From assembly GCF_009914755.1 (NCBI RefSeq), contig NC_060947.1: DNA of 64,000 nucleotides; one strand, written 5' to 3'. Source of the stretch: the human T2T-CHM13v2.0 reference genome, Homo sapiens. Under the pieces are notes generated by a model. The model did no database searches. It saw only the letters and a list, made by a program, of their open reading frames with translations, and was not told the DNA's origin. This document shows, piece by piece, positions 31,420-48,676 of this stretch; positions within the stretch are counted from its first letter, which is position 1; each line of letters opens with the position of its first letter. The position numbers were made by a program, and so were the translations under genes.

Positions 31420-32092
31420 TTATCATTATTATTCCCTGTCGCCCAGGCTGGAGTGCAGTGGTGCGATCTTGACTTTTGGGTTCAAGTGATTCTGCTGCCT
31501 CAGCCTCCCGAGTAGCTGGGATTACAGGCACCTGCCACCACACCAGGCTGATTTTTGTATTTTTAGTAGAGACGGGGTTTCACCATGTTGGCCAGGCTGG
31601 TCTCAAACTCCTGACCTCAGGTGATCTGTCTGCTTCAGCCTCCCAAAGAGCTGGGATTACAGGGGCAAGCCACTGGGCCCAGCCTCTTTCCCAATATTTT
31701 AAAACCTGTGAAGGGAGATTTGTTTATGTTGTTTAATTTGTTTCTATTGTGCACATCAAATTTCTGCACAAAAGGGGGAGGATACCAATACAGGCTGATG
31801 TGAAAGTCAGTAATAGGCAAGCAGAGCTTCTCCCGGGAGCCGGGGGGGCGGGGGTGAAGGGAGTGCAGAGGGTTCTGCGTTTGCTGGTGCTTGGATAAGG
31901 TGGCCAGGTTTTCCTCCTTCTTTTATTATTATTATTATTATTATTATTTATTATTATTATGTTTTTAACAGAGAGGTGGGGAGGTCTCACTGTGTTACCT
32001 AGGCTGGTCTCAAACTCCTGGGCGCAAGCAGTCCTCCCACCTTAGCCTCCCACAGTGCTGGGATTCCAGGTGTGAGCCACTGTGCCTAGCCA
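31420..32092 (-). mobile_element. Two antisense Alus (about 31420-31683, deleted AluS; about 31920-32092, monomer with (TTA)n tail)
   Basis: Reverse Alu consensus segments. Confidence 0.82.
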
Positions 32093-32712
32093 GGGTTTTC
32101 CTTCATAAGTCTGACCTATCTAAATGGTATTTTCCACAGTTAGACTTTGTAAATTGTCTTCATGAGGAAGCAGTTGTGAGGTGTCTGTGAGTCCCTAGAT
32201 AAAACACATCAGATGTTGCTGAACCCTACTGGAGAGAGGGAGGAAAATACGCAGTTAGTTCATCTCAGCCTGAGCACCACTGCCTTGATAGGGAAAGAGC
32301 CCTCCTGCATTCCCAGTCACCAGTGAAAGAGGGAAAAACAGCATTAAATTTAGAGCATCGTGGCTGCCCTCCTGCTGTGGAAAATTGGATACATTTGTGT
32401 AACATCGTAGGGGCAGTTTTGGGTTGACTTCATTAGAAACACATCCTAATTTGGGGTTGTGGAGTTTGGCCTGTTTCTTTTTGCTTCCCTCCTGACCACC
32501 AGCATATGGGGCTGCTTCTCCAGTGCTCTGAAAAGCTCTTGGCTGAGATGGCCCTGGTCAGCATGGTCTAGCACGGTGCCGCTGAGAGCAGCAGGTGCAG
32601 GGCTGCCCCAGACAAGGGACTGTGGCATTGCTGGGCCTGTTCCTCCTGTTCTCTCTCCCCCAGTCTCCCAGGGATGCTTTAGGTACCTCTCTAGTCCCTT
32701 TCATCCAGAAAC

Positions 32713-33023
32713 TTTTCTTTTTTTTTTGAGATGGAGTCTTGCTCTGTTGCCCAGGCTAGAGTGCAGTGGTGTGATCTCAGGTCACTGATCTCAGCTCACT
32801 GCAACTTCTGCTTCCCAGGTTCAAGCGATTCTCATGCTTCAGCTTCCCGAGTAGGTGGGATTACAGGTGCGCACCACCACACCCGGCTAATTTTTGTATT
32901 TTTAGTAGAGACAGGGTTTCTCCATGTTAGCCAGGCGGGTCTCGAACTCCTGACCACAAGTGATCCACCCGCCTCGGCCTTCCAAAGTGCTGGGATTACA
33001 GGCATGACCCACCACATCTGGCT
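32713..33023 (-). mobile_element. Alu (AluS-like)
   Basis: Reverse Alu with a small internal duplication (tgatctcag[g/c]tcact x2). Confidence 0.9.
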
Positions 33024-33446
33024 GACACTTTTTTTAAAAAAAAGCAAAACTGTGCCCTTTGGAAGTAATACAGAACCGATGACTCGCTGCTTACTGCGAG
33101 ATCGTATCTCACTGGTGTGCAAATCTGTGCAACGCTAGCTTGAAGCACAGCGGGCGGGGGGTACAAGGACAGTGTTGGGTGGGCTGTCCTGCATATGGCA
33201 CAGGAGGTTCTCCCAAGTGGGGTGGTGGGGGGCTTTGGCCTGACTCCAAGCACGGCCACTCCGGAGAGGAGCCCTCCCCAGGCCCTGAGAACTACGCAGG
33301 AACCCGCGGACCTGCACCAACCTAAGGACGGATGGGAATCCTGGAAAATGCCCATCCACTGCAGGCTTCCCCTACAAAAGAACATTTAACCCAACAGGGC
33401 TTGTTGAAGTTTGCATTATCATCTGCGGAATGACAAATGGTATTAA

Positions 33447-34298
<852 letters not shown>

Positions 34299-34592
34299 TG
34301 AGTAGGCGTGGCCTCCCAGCTTGGGCGTGACTCTGCCTGGCATCTCTTAGGCTTGTAAAGGGAAGGGGGTCTGCCTCTCTGTTTTCATGCGTGCTTTTGG
34401 GGAAGACGGGTTTTCATAAGGGCTCCTCGATGCTTAGCACTTTTTGGCTTTTTTGTGAGCCTCCGGAAAGAGAAATGGAGGGTTAACGGCTTTGGGCCTG
34501 ACATGAAAATACACACTGCAGACCACCAAGCTGCCTTGGCCTGAGGCCAGCAGGATTTCTGATGATGCCCACAGGTCTCCTTTCTCGTAAGA

Positions 34593-34776
34593 CAGCTGTT
34601 CTCAGTGGGGGCCACTGTCTACCCTGGGGGACAGTTGGCAATGTCACTGTGGGGAGGGGTGTTCCAAGCATCTGGTGGGTGGAGCCCAGGAACACTGCTC
34701 AACATCTACAGTGCACAGGAGGGCCCCCCCACAGAGAGTCATCCAGCCCCCACGTGTCCCTAGTGCCAACATGAGA
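34593..34776 (+). mobile_element. MER20-like element
   Basis: gggacagttggcaatgtc...gcatctggtgggtggagcccagg...ctgctcaacatctacagtgcacagga. Confidence 0.7.
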
Positions 34777-34880
34777 ATGAAGGCTTAGATTGAATATATA
34801 TGTGTTTCTTTATGAAATGTTTTTTTAAAACTTTATTTGAGATTTTTTTACATCTGCATTTAAAAAATTTATTATAATTT

Positions 34881-35195
<315 letters not shown>

Positions 35196-35722
35196 TTACA
35201 CCTGCCTGAACAAATGTATTTTAATTGGTTTTGTAAGTAGCACTTTCAGCGTATCTCCTTCAGCCACTTGACCACAAAGGCATGCGTGGTGGCATCTTCC
35301 CTGCTGCTGACATATGTTCTGCCAGCACAGCGTCATTCATGGGTAGGAAGGTGGAGTGGGTATGACACACAGCCAAGGAGGAGCAGCTGGACCAAGTGGA
35401 CCCAGGCAGGAGGGCGCCGACAGGGCTGCTGGGAGGAAGGGAGAAGGGTTTGTGTTTGTAGATAGCGTCACACATGTCCTTGTCCTCATCAACCCAGGCT
35501 CCTGGTAGAGATCATCTGTGCTCTCACCTCTGTAGCAGAGATTCTTAGATATTCCTGCTTATTTGAGTTTTTGCCTTTTTTAAAAACTATGTTTCATACA
35601 CTTACGAGTATCCATTTGACAGGGTTGATGGTTTTTAGTTTTAACCTTGTTACCTACTTACTTTTCCCCCTTTGGCTGTCTCATCTCCCTGGCTGGTGTC
35701 CTTTCGTGAGCACCAGTGTTGA

Positions 35723-36124
<402 letters not shown>

Positions 36125-36249
36125 TGATATTAGTGAAGCCCTCTGTTGTTAGTTCTATGTTCTAATCTTGAGCCATTCCACAAACGTCTCTTTGCTGTTT
36201 CAATAGGATCCAATGTCAAATTAGTTTAGTCACCATTCTCTCTCATTTT

Positions 36250-36699
<450 letters not shown>

Positions 36700-38298
36700 T
36701 AACTTTTTGGTTCAAGGTATTAAAAAGGGAAATGAAAATTAAGGGTTTAGGTCTTGGGGCTTTTACGGGCCCTCCATCTGGCACACGGTACCATTCGCTT
36801 CATTCTGGTTGCACATTCCTCTTTTAAAAAATAATAAAGAATCCAAAACATGTTCGGTTTTTCCACACAGAACCAGGAAAATCATACCATCTGGACCATT
36901 TGAATTTGGGCCACACCCTAGGTTTAGAGAACTGCATTCTTTGCTCGCATGCCTTTGTTTTTCATGATATAATGAATTTCAGAAGCGGCATGCCTTGATT
37001 CTGCCGCCCTCATCTGTGGGGCACTCTGTCCACCTGCTTTGGGAGGCTGGAGATGCTGGGAAGCCGCCTCACCAGAAGTGTGGCTCCGGAACTGAGTGAG
37101 TCACTGTGGGCTGGAAGTTGGCCTCACTTTAGTTCAGCAAGTGTGAGTTGGGCACCTGCACCAGAAGCACATGCTGTACATCCCAGCTCTCTATGGTGCT
37201 GATGACTCAGCGGTCCTGTTTTCCTGCTTGATTGGACAAAGCGGCCACTGCTGCATTACATTTTCTCCCTGCTTTCCCGCAGCCACACGCTTATGATGTC
37301 GCACATTCCTGCAACGCGTGCACAGGCGGAGGCGTGTTCAGGGAGGAAGCGAGCATAGCGCAGATGGGGACTTAGCAGGCCACCTGCTCTGTAGCTGCTT
37401 CAGGGGAACATATGAGACCCTAATTCCGTAGGCTTCCAACATTCCCAGGGCGACCACAGTTGTCTCAGTCACAGCATTGCTAGGTGGTCATAGAGCTGAG
37501 AGCCAAATCAGGGAACCCTCTGTTTTAGGAGAAGACTAAGGACAGAGTTGAGAGAGTGGAAGCCCCAGGCAGGGAGGCAGCAGGGGGCTCTGGTGGCTGG
37601 TAGAGAAGCATCACGCAGAGATGACAAGATATGGTTTTATACTTGGGGCAGCTCAGAAGGACTCTGCCCAGAAAAGAGGGCACCATGTTGAGTTGAACCA
37701 GATAGCTGATTGGTTTAAGTTTAGAATCTTTGAGAATTATGGCTTTTCCCTGGAACCAGGAGGTGAGTGCAGGGCCCAGACAGAATAGACCTTGTTTCCC
37801 CTATAGAAGGGAACAAAAGGTGGAGGAAGGGAATGAATGGCCCAGGGCTCATTCTTAGTGGAGGGATGAGAGTGGCTGTGTGCCTGGTCTCTACTGTTGC
37901 AGGCTCTTACCTGAGCCTCCTGGAAAGCCACGCACTGCAAGAAATAGCAGATGGGCCTGCCAGACAGTATGGACCACAGTGGTGAGCCCTTCAGCACCCT
38001 GGGTGGTGTGGACAGCCACTGATCTGTTCACTGTCCCAGGCCAGGTCTTGTCTCAGAAATCTTTGAAAGCCAACGGCTGTTCTTTATACAATGGCCCTTT
38101 AACAAAGGGGAAATGGTTTCAATAAAAATTTGCATATGACATGTAAAAGAACCAATAAAGAAATCTGGACTCCTTTCAGAGAGCCCAGTTTCAAATTAGC
38201 TCAGCTGAGGTAGGTTTTGAGGGCACATGTTCATGCACCAGTATAAAATCTACATTTCCGTAATTGCTGAAGAATAATGGCACTGAAAATTTCCTGAG

Positions 38299-38703
<405 letters not shown>

Positions 38704-38829
38704 TCATGCCTGTTTCCTGTTTTGTGCTTTTCCCTCAAGTGATGAGTATCTAAAATTTGGCCACATTCTCAGCTGTGAGATTCTCAACTTAAACAGTCTC
38801 TCCAGATAGGTAGTGAGTAGGAAAAGGCA

Positions 38830-39620
38830 CAAACCACTTTTCCTCTGCTCTCACGCCACAGCAACCAACACAGAAGACTTCGGTGACCACATGTGTGAGG
38901 GGGGTTTCCCACACACCCAGCGAGCAGTCACTTCTGCAGCAGACACCAGCTGGGTGGCCTCTGATTCAGTTCAGATGTGACACTGTCAAATTGGAGGTAG
39001 CGTCTCATCCCACGGGTTGAGGGCTCAGTCCCCAAGACTGCACCCCACACACACACCAGTCGCAAGTCTGAGTCTCAGGGACTTCTGACCAACCACCTTC
39101 AAGTTGGGGTTCCCATGACCCCCTCTTTAGTTTCCATTACTTTGCTAGAGTGGCTCACAGAACTCAGGGAAACATTTACATCTATGATAAAGAATGTTAC
39201 AAAGGATACACATGAAGAGATGTGTAGGGCGAGGCATGGGGAAAGGGGTGCGGAAGAGCTTCCATGCCCTCCCTGGGTGCTCCACCCTCCAGGAACCTTC
39301 TTGTCTTCACCTGTCAGGAAGTCTCCAGCCCCGTCTTCTTGGGCCTTTTATGGAGCCTTCATTGGATAGGCCTGATAGAAATCTGTGTAGAAATGTGATT
39401 GGACAAAAAGACTACAATCCAGTCCTAACAGACCGAGGAGAAAGCCACAAGGTCTGCCTGTTGAGATTCTTGTTGGCCTCTCTGTGTAGCGTTCCTTCCC
39501 CCTAGGTGTGCCGCAGGACCCTTCAGGAATATGGGGATCTTAAGACCTGCATTCATTCAAGGCGGTGGAGGATTTCTTTATGGAAAGGTTGGGGAAGATT
39601 AGATCTTGCTTTGGGCAGGT
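38830..39620. mobile_element. MER21-like ERV LTR
   Basis: caacacagaagacttcggtgacc...gacaccagctgggtg...gagggctcagtccccaagactgc...gctagagtggctcacagaactcagggaaac. Confidence 0.7.
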
Positions 39621-39627
39621 AAAAGTT

Positions 39628-39860
39628 TAAGACCAGCCTGGGCAACATGGAGAGACCCCGTCTCTACAAAAATAAAAAAATTATCTGGGTGTGGTGGTGC
39701 ATGCCTATGGTCCTAGCTGCTTAGGAGGCTGAGGTGGGAGGATTGGTTGAGCCCAGGAGGTCACTGCTGCAGTGAGTGGTGATCATGCCACTGCACTCCA
39801 GCCTGGGCAACAGAGTGAGACCCTGTCTCAAAAAATAAAATAAAATAAAATAAAATAAAT
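39628..39860 (+). mobile_element. 5'-truncated AluJ-like element with (TAAAA)n tail
   Basis: Alu consensus from gaccagcctggg onward. Confidence 0.85.
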
Positions 39861-40139
39861 GCATCCATGTGAGGGAAAGACCTCACGCAATCAGGAAATA
39901 GGCTGCCTCGTATCTGGCACATGTTTCTCCTGCTGTGGGGTTGACTTTTCCTGCCTAATACTCATCCGGCTGGTCATTTTACCCATAGATTATGGAATCA
40001 GGGCACGACCACTTGAAGCCAGGAGTTTGAGGCTGTAGTGCACTATGATCATGTCTGTGAGTAGCCACTGCACTGCAACTTGGGCAACATAGCAAGACCG
40101 CTTCTCTAAACAAGTAGAAAAAAGGTCATCATTTAGAAG

Positions 40140-40335
40140 GCTGGTGGGAAAGGGCATAGAGTGTTAGTGTCTAATAGTTACGCAGTTTCAGTTGGGGAAG
40201 ATGAAAGAGTTCTAGAGACGGATGGTGGTGACAGGTGCATCGCAGCATGAATGTACCACACACCACAGAACTATGCTCTGAAAAGTGGTCAAGATGGCAA
40301 GCTTTATGTTACATATATTTTACTACAATTTTGAA
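40140..40335 (+). mobile_element. L1MB-like 3' end fragment
   Basis: cagtttcagttggggaagatgaaagagttctagagacggatggtggtgac...tatgttacatatattttactacaat. Confidence 0.75.
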
Positions 40336-40496
40336 AACAGTCATCTGTTTGCATTTTGGTCAAGTTGAAATCAGTAGGTTATAGTAAAAGACTGTTAAGT
40401 TCATTCGTATCCCTTTATTGGTCTTAATTTTTATATGCTAGTATTAGCAATTAAAATTTTTTTTCTTTTTTTTTCTCTTTAGCAATTAAAATTTTA

Positions 40497-40803
<307 letters not shown>

Positions 40804-41154
40804 TTATATGTACAGGACACATAACTAATCACGGAATTTGGTGCTGGACCTAAGACTCACTACTTTCTCTCTATGTGAATCTTTAAATTAGAAAATTCCA
40901 AAGGACAGAATACATAGGTCTGTGACTCCTTCCAAAGATATGGGTTGAAACTGCATCTACCATGACGAGCATCGGGGCCACAACTCCGACGTTCTCTAAT
41001 AGGGCATGAACAGAACGAGAACAGGTTTATTTTATTTTTAAATGCCAATAGTGCCATTAGGAGTCATTCTTCTTTCCCTTAGTCGTATAAATCCCCTATT
41101 ATTTGTTGATGCAAAAGTGAGCTTTCACGCAGGTCAGCTGCACCTTTCACGTAG

Positions 41155-41607
<453 letters not shown>

Positions 41608-41701
41608 TAGCATAGCTTCCACATGGCCTGTCCACCTCCTCCTGCAGACCTTGTCGAGACAGTGCACGCTCTATACCCTCTCCTTCCTTTTATATTTCTT
41701 T

Positions 41702-42028
<327 letters not shown>

Positions 42029-43094
42029 TAATTGAGGGGAAAAGGTGCTTATCAGATGCAGGGAGTTGAACCGTCATTGGACTGCAGGGCTGCGGGATCT
42101 TCTCAAAGAACTGTTACCTCTTTTTAACATCTTTTTAGATATTCCTATTGACTCTTACTGATAATTGTCTCTTCTTAGAAAAATCATGTTGTTGTTGTTT
42201 TTACTTTTCTTTTACCATGTATAAGTCCGTAACAGACATGCCTGCCTGCTGACGATCGTAAGTACTCAATGATAGCTATTTTCTTGTGGTGGTTGTAGCT
42301 GTGATTTAACAAGAGGGCATATATCAGTCTAGAAGGAAGCAGACAGTGCATCTAACTTCAAGGCGTTTCTCAGTGGGTCTGTCTTTTCGTCCTTTCACAT
42401 ATGAACCAAGAGAAATAATAGCTGCCTCGTTGGCTTTTACCTATAGGCCAAATATCAGTAAAACAGCTAGTTTTGTTTGCACAGAACAGGCCTTCAGAAT
42501 GTTCATCTGTATCATGAATAAAACATCTTAACCTCTCTCAGAAGGGGAGCAGAAGAAGCACCCTTCCCCTTTCTCCAGGTGAGGGTGATTTGGGCCACGC
42601 AGAACGCTGTCCTGGCGCTGGGCTTGGAGACGGTGCCCTTCTGCACTCAGCCGAGTGCTTAGTAACTGTGTCGTGGAACTAGCTAGGTCAGGGTGGCACC
42701 GTGCCCGAGGGGGCTGCTGGCCGACACCCGTGCACAGCACTGCGTCTTCTCCACCCTCAGGCTTCCTTGTGTGCAGATATGCTCTGCAGGCTCGGGGGCT
42801 TCTCCTCCTCCTGCCAGGAGCATTTAGTAAGCCTACCCTGAATTCCTCTCGAGTCCTCCCATGTGGCCAGCTGTCCCACGGTGTTCCCATGGAGCGGACC
42901 TTGACTCCAAGAGGGCCCCGCAGTCCTTTGCCCTTTGCAGCATCTCAGAATTCTGTCGTTGTGAGTCCCTTGGTGACTCTTCTGCTCACCATTCGAGGCA
43001 GGTGGGAGAGAGTCAGGCTCAGACAGCAAGAGGAAACCCAGAGAGGCCTGTGGGCGGCTTCTGGGGGCCTCAGGCTGGCCCGCTGCAACCATGA

Positions 43095-43544
<450 letters not shown>

Positions 43545-44659
43545 GAGACCAGTCCCCGGTGGAGGAGGGGCACGGGGCCTCCGAGCTCCAGCTCCGTTCC
43601 CAAGGATACTCGTGAAGACCCCATCTGTGTTCATGGCCTGGAAAGAGACTTCTCCCATAGCAAAGAGGCTGTTATAAAAGCAATAACTTTTGTGTTTGTG
43701 TGGGATGATTTATTTAATTTTTTAGTTTCCCTTTTGATTGCTGAGAGCCATTTTCCTTTACACATAACTACACCTGACACCAGGCTCTGCTGGATGTGAG
43801 TTTCCACTGCATGGGCTGTGGGCTGGGCCTGTGGTGCCTGCCGAGTGGTCACTGTCAGTGGGAAACCCGTTGTTCCTCCCGTCTTCAGATGCTGAGCCAA
43901 CTGCTTGGACAGCAGCCAGCGCGTCATGACGTGCATGAGAGGGGGACCCTGGTGCTCATCTTCTCTTGTCATTCATCCAGGCATGGGCTGCCAGGTTTTG
44001 TCCCTGCTCGTTCAACAGTGTGAGCATTTGTCTCTGTTATCTAATGATGTTCTCTGACCCAGCAGAAATCATCATCATGATGATGATAATTTATTAACTT
44101 TTTGGAAGGGTGAATAGTTTCCTAATGGTTAAAAACCAACTGTGAAAGGAACCACCTGTGTGGTTGGGTTCACTCATTCTCAGATTAAATTGCCACTTAA
44201 AGAAATAACGTGCATGCTTTAAAAAACACAGTCACGCACCAAGCAGGCAAATAGCTTTAGTCCTTCTCACCTCACATCACAGTTGTTCTGCAAAGTAAAA
44301 TTTTTTGGTTAAGAGCGTGTCCAGTAGTAATGTGCTTGTTAGCTGTTTCTCAAGACCAACAGAAGATTTTTTCAGTTACTTTCCCCCCATGTATTTTGTA
44401 TGCATATGATTGTCCATGATAATTGGCTACTTTTCCATTGTTTCCTCCTTAAATCGTTTAGCATGGCATGAGGGCCACATTCCATGTACGGGAAGACCCC
44501 TTCCTCTTCAGAGGTCCCGTGGACTACACAGCTCCTGAGCTTGATCTTTTTCTGCCATGAAGTTTAAAGATTCTATGCCCATTTCCTTGATTGAAATGGC
44601 AGGATTCTAAAGAGAGCCTGGTTTGTTAAAAGAAAACACTGTCATGCTGTCAGTTCCCA

Positions 44660-44860
44660 ATTGACAAGTCACAGACTGGGAGAAAATATTTGCAAATCGT
44701 GTATCTGACAAAAGGTTTGTGTCCAGGATGTACAAAGAACTCTCAAACCGGATAGTAAGAAAACAAACAGCCCAAGTGAAAAGCAGGCAAAAGACTTGAA
44801 TAGACACTTCACCAAAGAGCATACACGCGTGGCAAACAAGCACACGAAAAGACGTTCAGC
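44660..44860 (+). mobile_element. Old L1 ORF2 C-terminal fragment inside the SHROOM2 3'UTR
   Basis: acagactgggagaaaatatttgcaaatc...tctgacaaaagg...gcaaaagacttgaatagacacttcaccaaaga. Confidence 0.85.
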
Positions 44861-45268
44861 CGCCGATGGCTTGGTTATAATTTATAACTTACTTATTTTT
44901 ATCTAATAATTGTAGATTCAGTGTATTTCTTCAAAAAATGTTTAATTAAATGCATGTTAATGGTGAGTGAATCCCTTGGGTGACTTCGTGTTTAGGTCGT
45001 ATTAGGGCATTTGTTGGATCAACGGATCATTTTAACCCTGACTTCCCCTTATTCCCATAAAAGAAGTTTTCCAGTGGAATGGAGATTTCATTTTGTCAGC
45101 AGCAGTGACCACAGCCTTACCAAAGCAGACGCGTGCGCGTGCACAGATGCACACACACAGATGTCTTAAAAGACTAGAATCCACACTTCCTGAGCCAGAG
45201 GGGCCGTGTTGACGGTAATGCATTCTCTATAGAGCCAAGTCCAAACTGGCAAGCTCAATGATGCAGGC

Positions 45269-45274
45269 AATAAA
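45269..45274 (+). terminator. Proximal AATAAA, possible alternative polyA signal
   Basis: ggcAATAAAccgcct, with tgtcttt/gtgtgt elements about 40-55 nt downstream. Confidence 0.3.
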
Positions 45275-46025
45275 CCGCCTTTTTGGCAGCCTACCAATGC
45301 CAAAAGGATAAATGTCTTTCCAAAAGTGTGTATTCCTGTTAAATTAAGCTCTTGCTAACTTGAAAAATCCCTGTTCTGCCAGCGAAGCTTCCTCCTCCTC
45401 TCCAGCTGGTAGTCACTTGCGTGAATGCTGGTCAGTCTGAAAAGGTGAAGCTGGCTGTGCACTTACCCCCATCTTTCTCCCTCGGGGAGACGACCCAAGG
45501 AATTTCAGAGTATTTTGTTTGGCAGAGCTTTTACCTGTTATTCTTTGCCCTCAAATACAGTATTGTGGTCATTTTGATGATATGTGTGTAAAATGTGAAT
45601 AATCCAATTGGTGTCTGTACTCAGCCTTTTGATGTCTTTTTAGGACTTTCTCTTCTACACAGCAATACGTCGTGCTCGAGTATCCTTGTAGCAAAGCACA
45701 TAGAGCCAGCTGTCCTGTCAGTTCCCCTGTTTGCCTCTGAAACGTCTGGTTAGTGGGGACCCAAAGATTCTAGTGAGTCAACATCCATAACTCTGTATCT
45801 AGTTGTATTATTCATAGAAAATCAATCTGGTGCTAATGGTTGGCCCTGGTGTTGTTGGGTGGCAGCTGCTCCTTCGCCCTCTTGTAGTGTGGCTGTGGAG
45901 GGCTCTGCCTATGGGGGGTGGCCTGTGGCTTGTATCCTTCAGTCCACCACAGCAAATGTGTGTAGATTTCATGCTCGACACTTACCACTCACCTATCAAC
46001 AGATCATCCTGCTTGACTGTAACAA

Positions 46026-46031
46026 AATAAA
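46026..46031 (+). terminator. Canonical polyadenylation signal AATAAA (likely main SHROOM2 site)
   Basis: tgtaacaaAATAAAtagtgtctcttcaagtg, with an upstream TGTA element and downstream tgtctttgattt. Confidence 0.75.
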
Positions 46032-46229
46032 TAGTGTCTCTTCAAGTGAATGGAGATGTCTTTGATTTACCTACTTTACAGCTTTTGTAAAAAAAGAATG
46101 TCCTCACCATACGTCAGATTCTTAAGCCATCTGAGTAAACCGTGGGATTGATTATATGTGTGTAATTTATTTACACTAGTCGGTTTGTGGTGAGGAAACA
46201 GGGACCAGGTCGCATCACTTAGCTGGTGC

Positions 46230-46570
46230 CCCAGTAATGCTGTGTAACAAACTATAAAATGTCAGCAATAATCTGTGCAACAAAGTATTGACTTAGCTCA
46301 TGAATTTGTAGATGAGCTAATTCGGGCTGGGCTCTGTGCTGTGTGCCTCTCCTCTTCCTCATGGGACCAGCCGTGTGGCTGGATGTGTTCATGGCAGGGG
46401 CACAAGACAACACACCCTGTCACAAAGGGGCTTCTCCTGGCTTTGTCCTGTCATACCTGCTAACCTTCTTCTGGCAAAGCACATCTCCTGGCCAACCCCG
46501 GCACCAAAGGGTGTGGAACAGGCTCCACCTTTTAGTGGAGGAACCGTAAATTCACATGGCAGAGTGTGGA
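46230..46570 (-). mobile_element. Old MLT1-type LTR fragment
   Basis: aatgctgtgtaacaaa...tttagtggaggaacc...cacatggcagag; highly diverged. Confidence 0.45.
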
Positions 46571-47021
46571 CACAGGGAGGGATGAAGAACTGGGGCTGTC
46601 CATGGGCTCCATCTCGCCCGCCTCCTCGTGTCTACTGATAATGGAGTGGCACCAAAGTGGCTGGGACCACGGAGTCAAGTTGCCTGGAGCAAAGCCACCT
46701 CTGTCACTGCTAGTTGTGTGGCCACAGCAAGTAACCCAGCCTCTGTGAGCCCCAGCTCCTCTCTCGTAATTGGAGATGGGCTGCTGTGAGGTCAAGTGAG
46801 TTGATAAATGTTGGTGTGCTTAGACGCCATGCTTGGTTCACAGCACGGCTGCATAAGCTGTGAATACGGCTCTTATCCTGTTGTGCACCTGGAGGAAACA
46901 CTGTCCCTGTAGTCAGAATAGATCGCCCGCCAGAACCACCCGAGAGGTAGATAACGGTTGATTTCTTTTATTTGGTAGGATTAGAAGTGTTTCTGCTAGG
47001 GAGCAGATTTGTGAGACCTGA

Positions 47022-47782
<761 letters not shown>

Positions 47783-47809
47783 TAAATTAGAGCAGGTTCT
47801 GTGATTCGG

Positions 47810-48480
47810 TCTAATGTTTTCTAATAGTCAAAAAGTGGAAACAGCTCCGATGTTCATCAGTAGGAGAATAAATAATGATAGTCTACTATGTACAATAGAA
47901 TACTGCTCAGAAATACAAAGGCATGAATTACTGAAGCACACAAAATATAAGAATGCATCTAAGAAACACTGTGCCAAGTGGGAGACGGCTCAGGTAAGAA
48001 GAGTGCCTGCTGCAAGACTTCGTTTATGTGAAGTTCTAGAATGGGCCAAATTGTCTGTGGTAGAAAATATCAAAGTCATAGTTGTCTCCAGAGGTGGGGG
48101 TGTGCACAGGGTACTTGGGGTGAAGTTCATGTTCTGCAAATGGGTAGGGGCATGGGTTACACAGGTGTTGGCTTTTGTCAGAATCCAGCCATCATGTACT
48201 TAAGATTTGTGCATTTTACGAGAGAAGGAAAAAATAAATATTGAACTGCACTTCATGCTATGCGGGCTGATGTGTTTAGGGAGGAATATACTGATGTCTG
48301 CAATTTGCTTTGAAATGCATAAAAAATAAGATGGGTGAATGGGTGGGGAGAGATGAATAGGTGTATTGATACGTGATAGGCACAGTAAAACACTAATGGC
48401 AGAAACTTGGTGGTGAGTATACAGGTGTTTACTGTAAAATCCTTTCAACTTTGCTGTTTGAAAATGTTCTTAATCACACA
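47810..48480 (+). mobile_element. Old L1 (L1ME/MC-like) 3' fragment
   Basis: caaaaagtggaaacagc...tacaatagaatactgctcag...gatgtctgcaatttgctttgaaatgc. Confidence 0.7.
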
Positions 48481-48676
48481 CTGGGAGAAAATAGGCACCT
48501 CACCCAACATAGCCTTCCTAAGAGCCTTCCAGATGATCTGTCTGCTCTTAGGTGTTCACAGAAAAGATGCAAAAGCCATTTCCTGGGCATATAGTTCACT
48601 TATTCTCTTGTTGATGTATTCATACAGATATAGTTATTAATATTCTTTCTCTGTTTACCAGAAAATTATAATATGG

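Larger units (their letters stand above)
43545..46050 (+). other. SHROOM2: SHROOM2 3'UTR (~2.5 kb)
   Basis: Follows the stop codon, free of Alus, U-rich, and ends at AATAAA 46026-46031 followed by GT/T-rich sequence. The end coordinate is estimated. Confidence 0.8.

Noticed and set aside
40950-41025. CpG-containing stretch vaguely resembling rRNA
   Set aside because: Similarity is too short and weak to support; no tRNA, rRNA or snRNA gene was recognised anywhere in the window.
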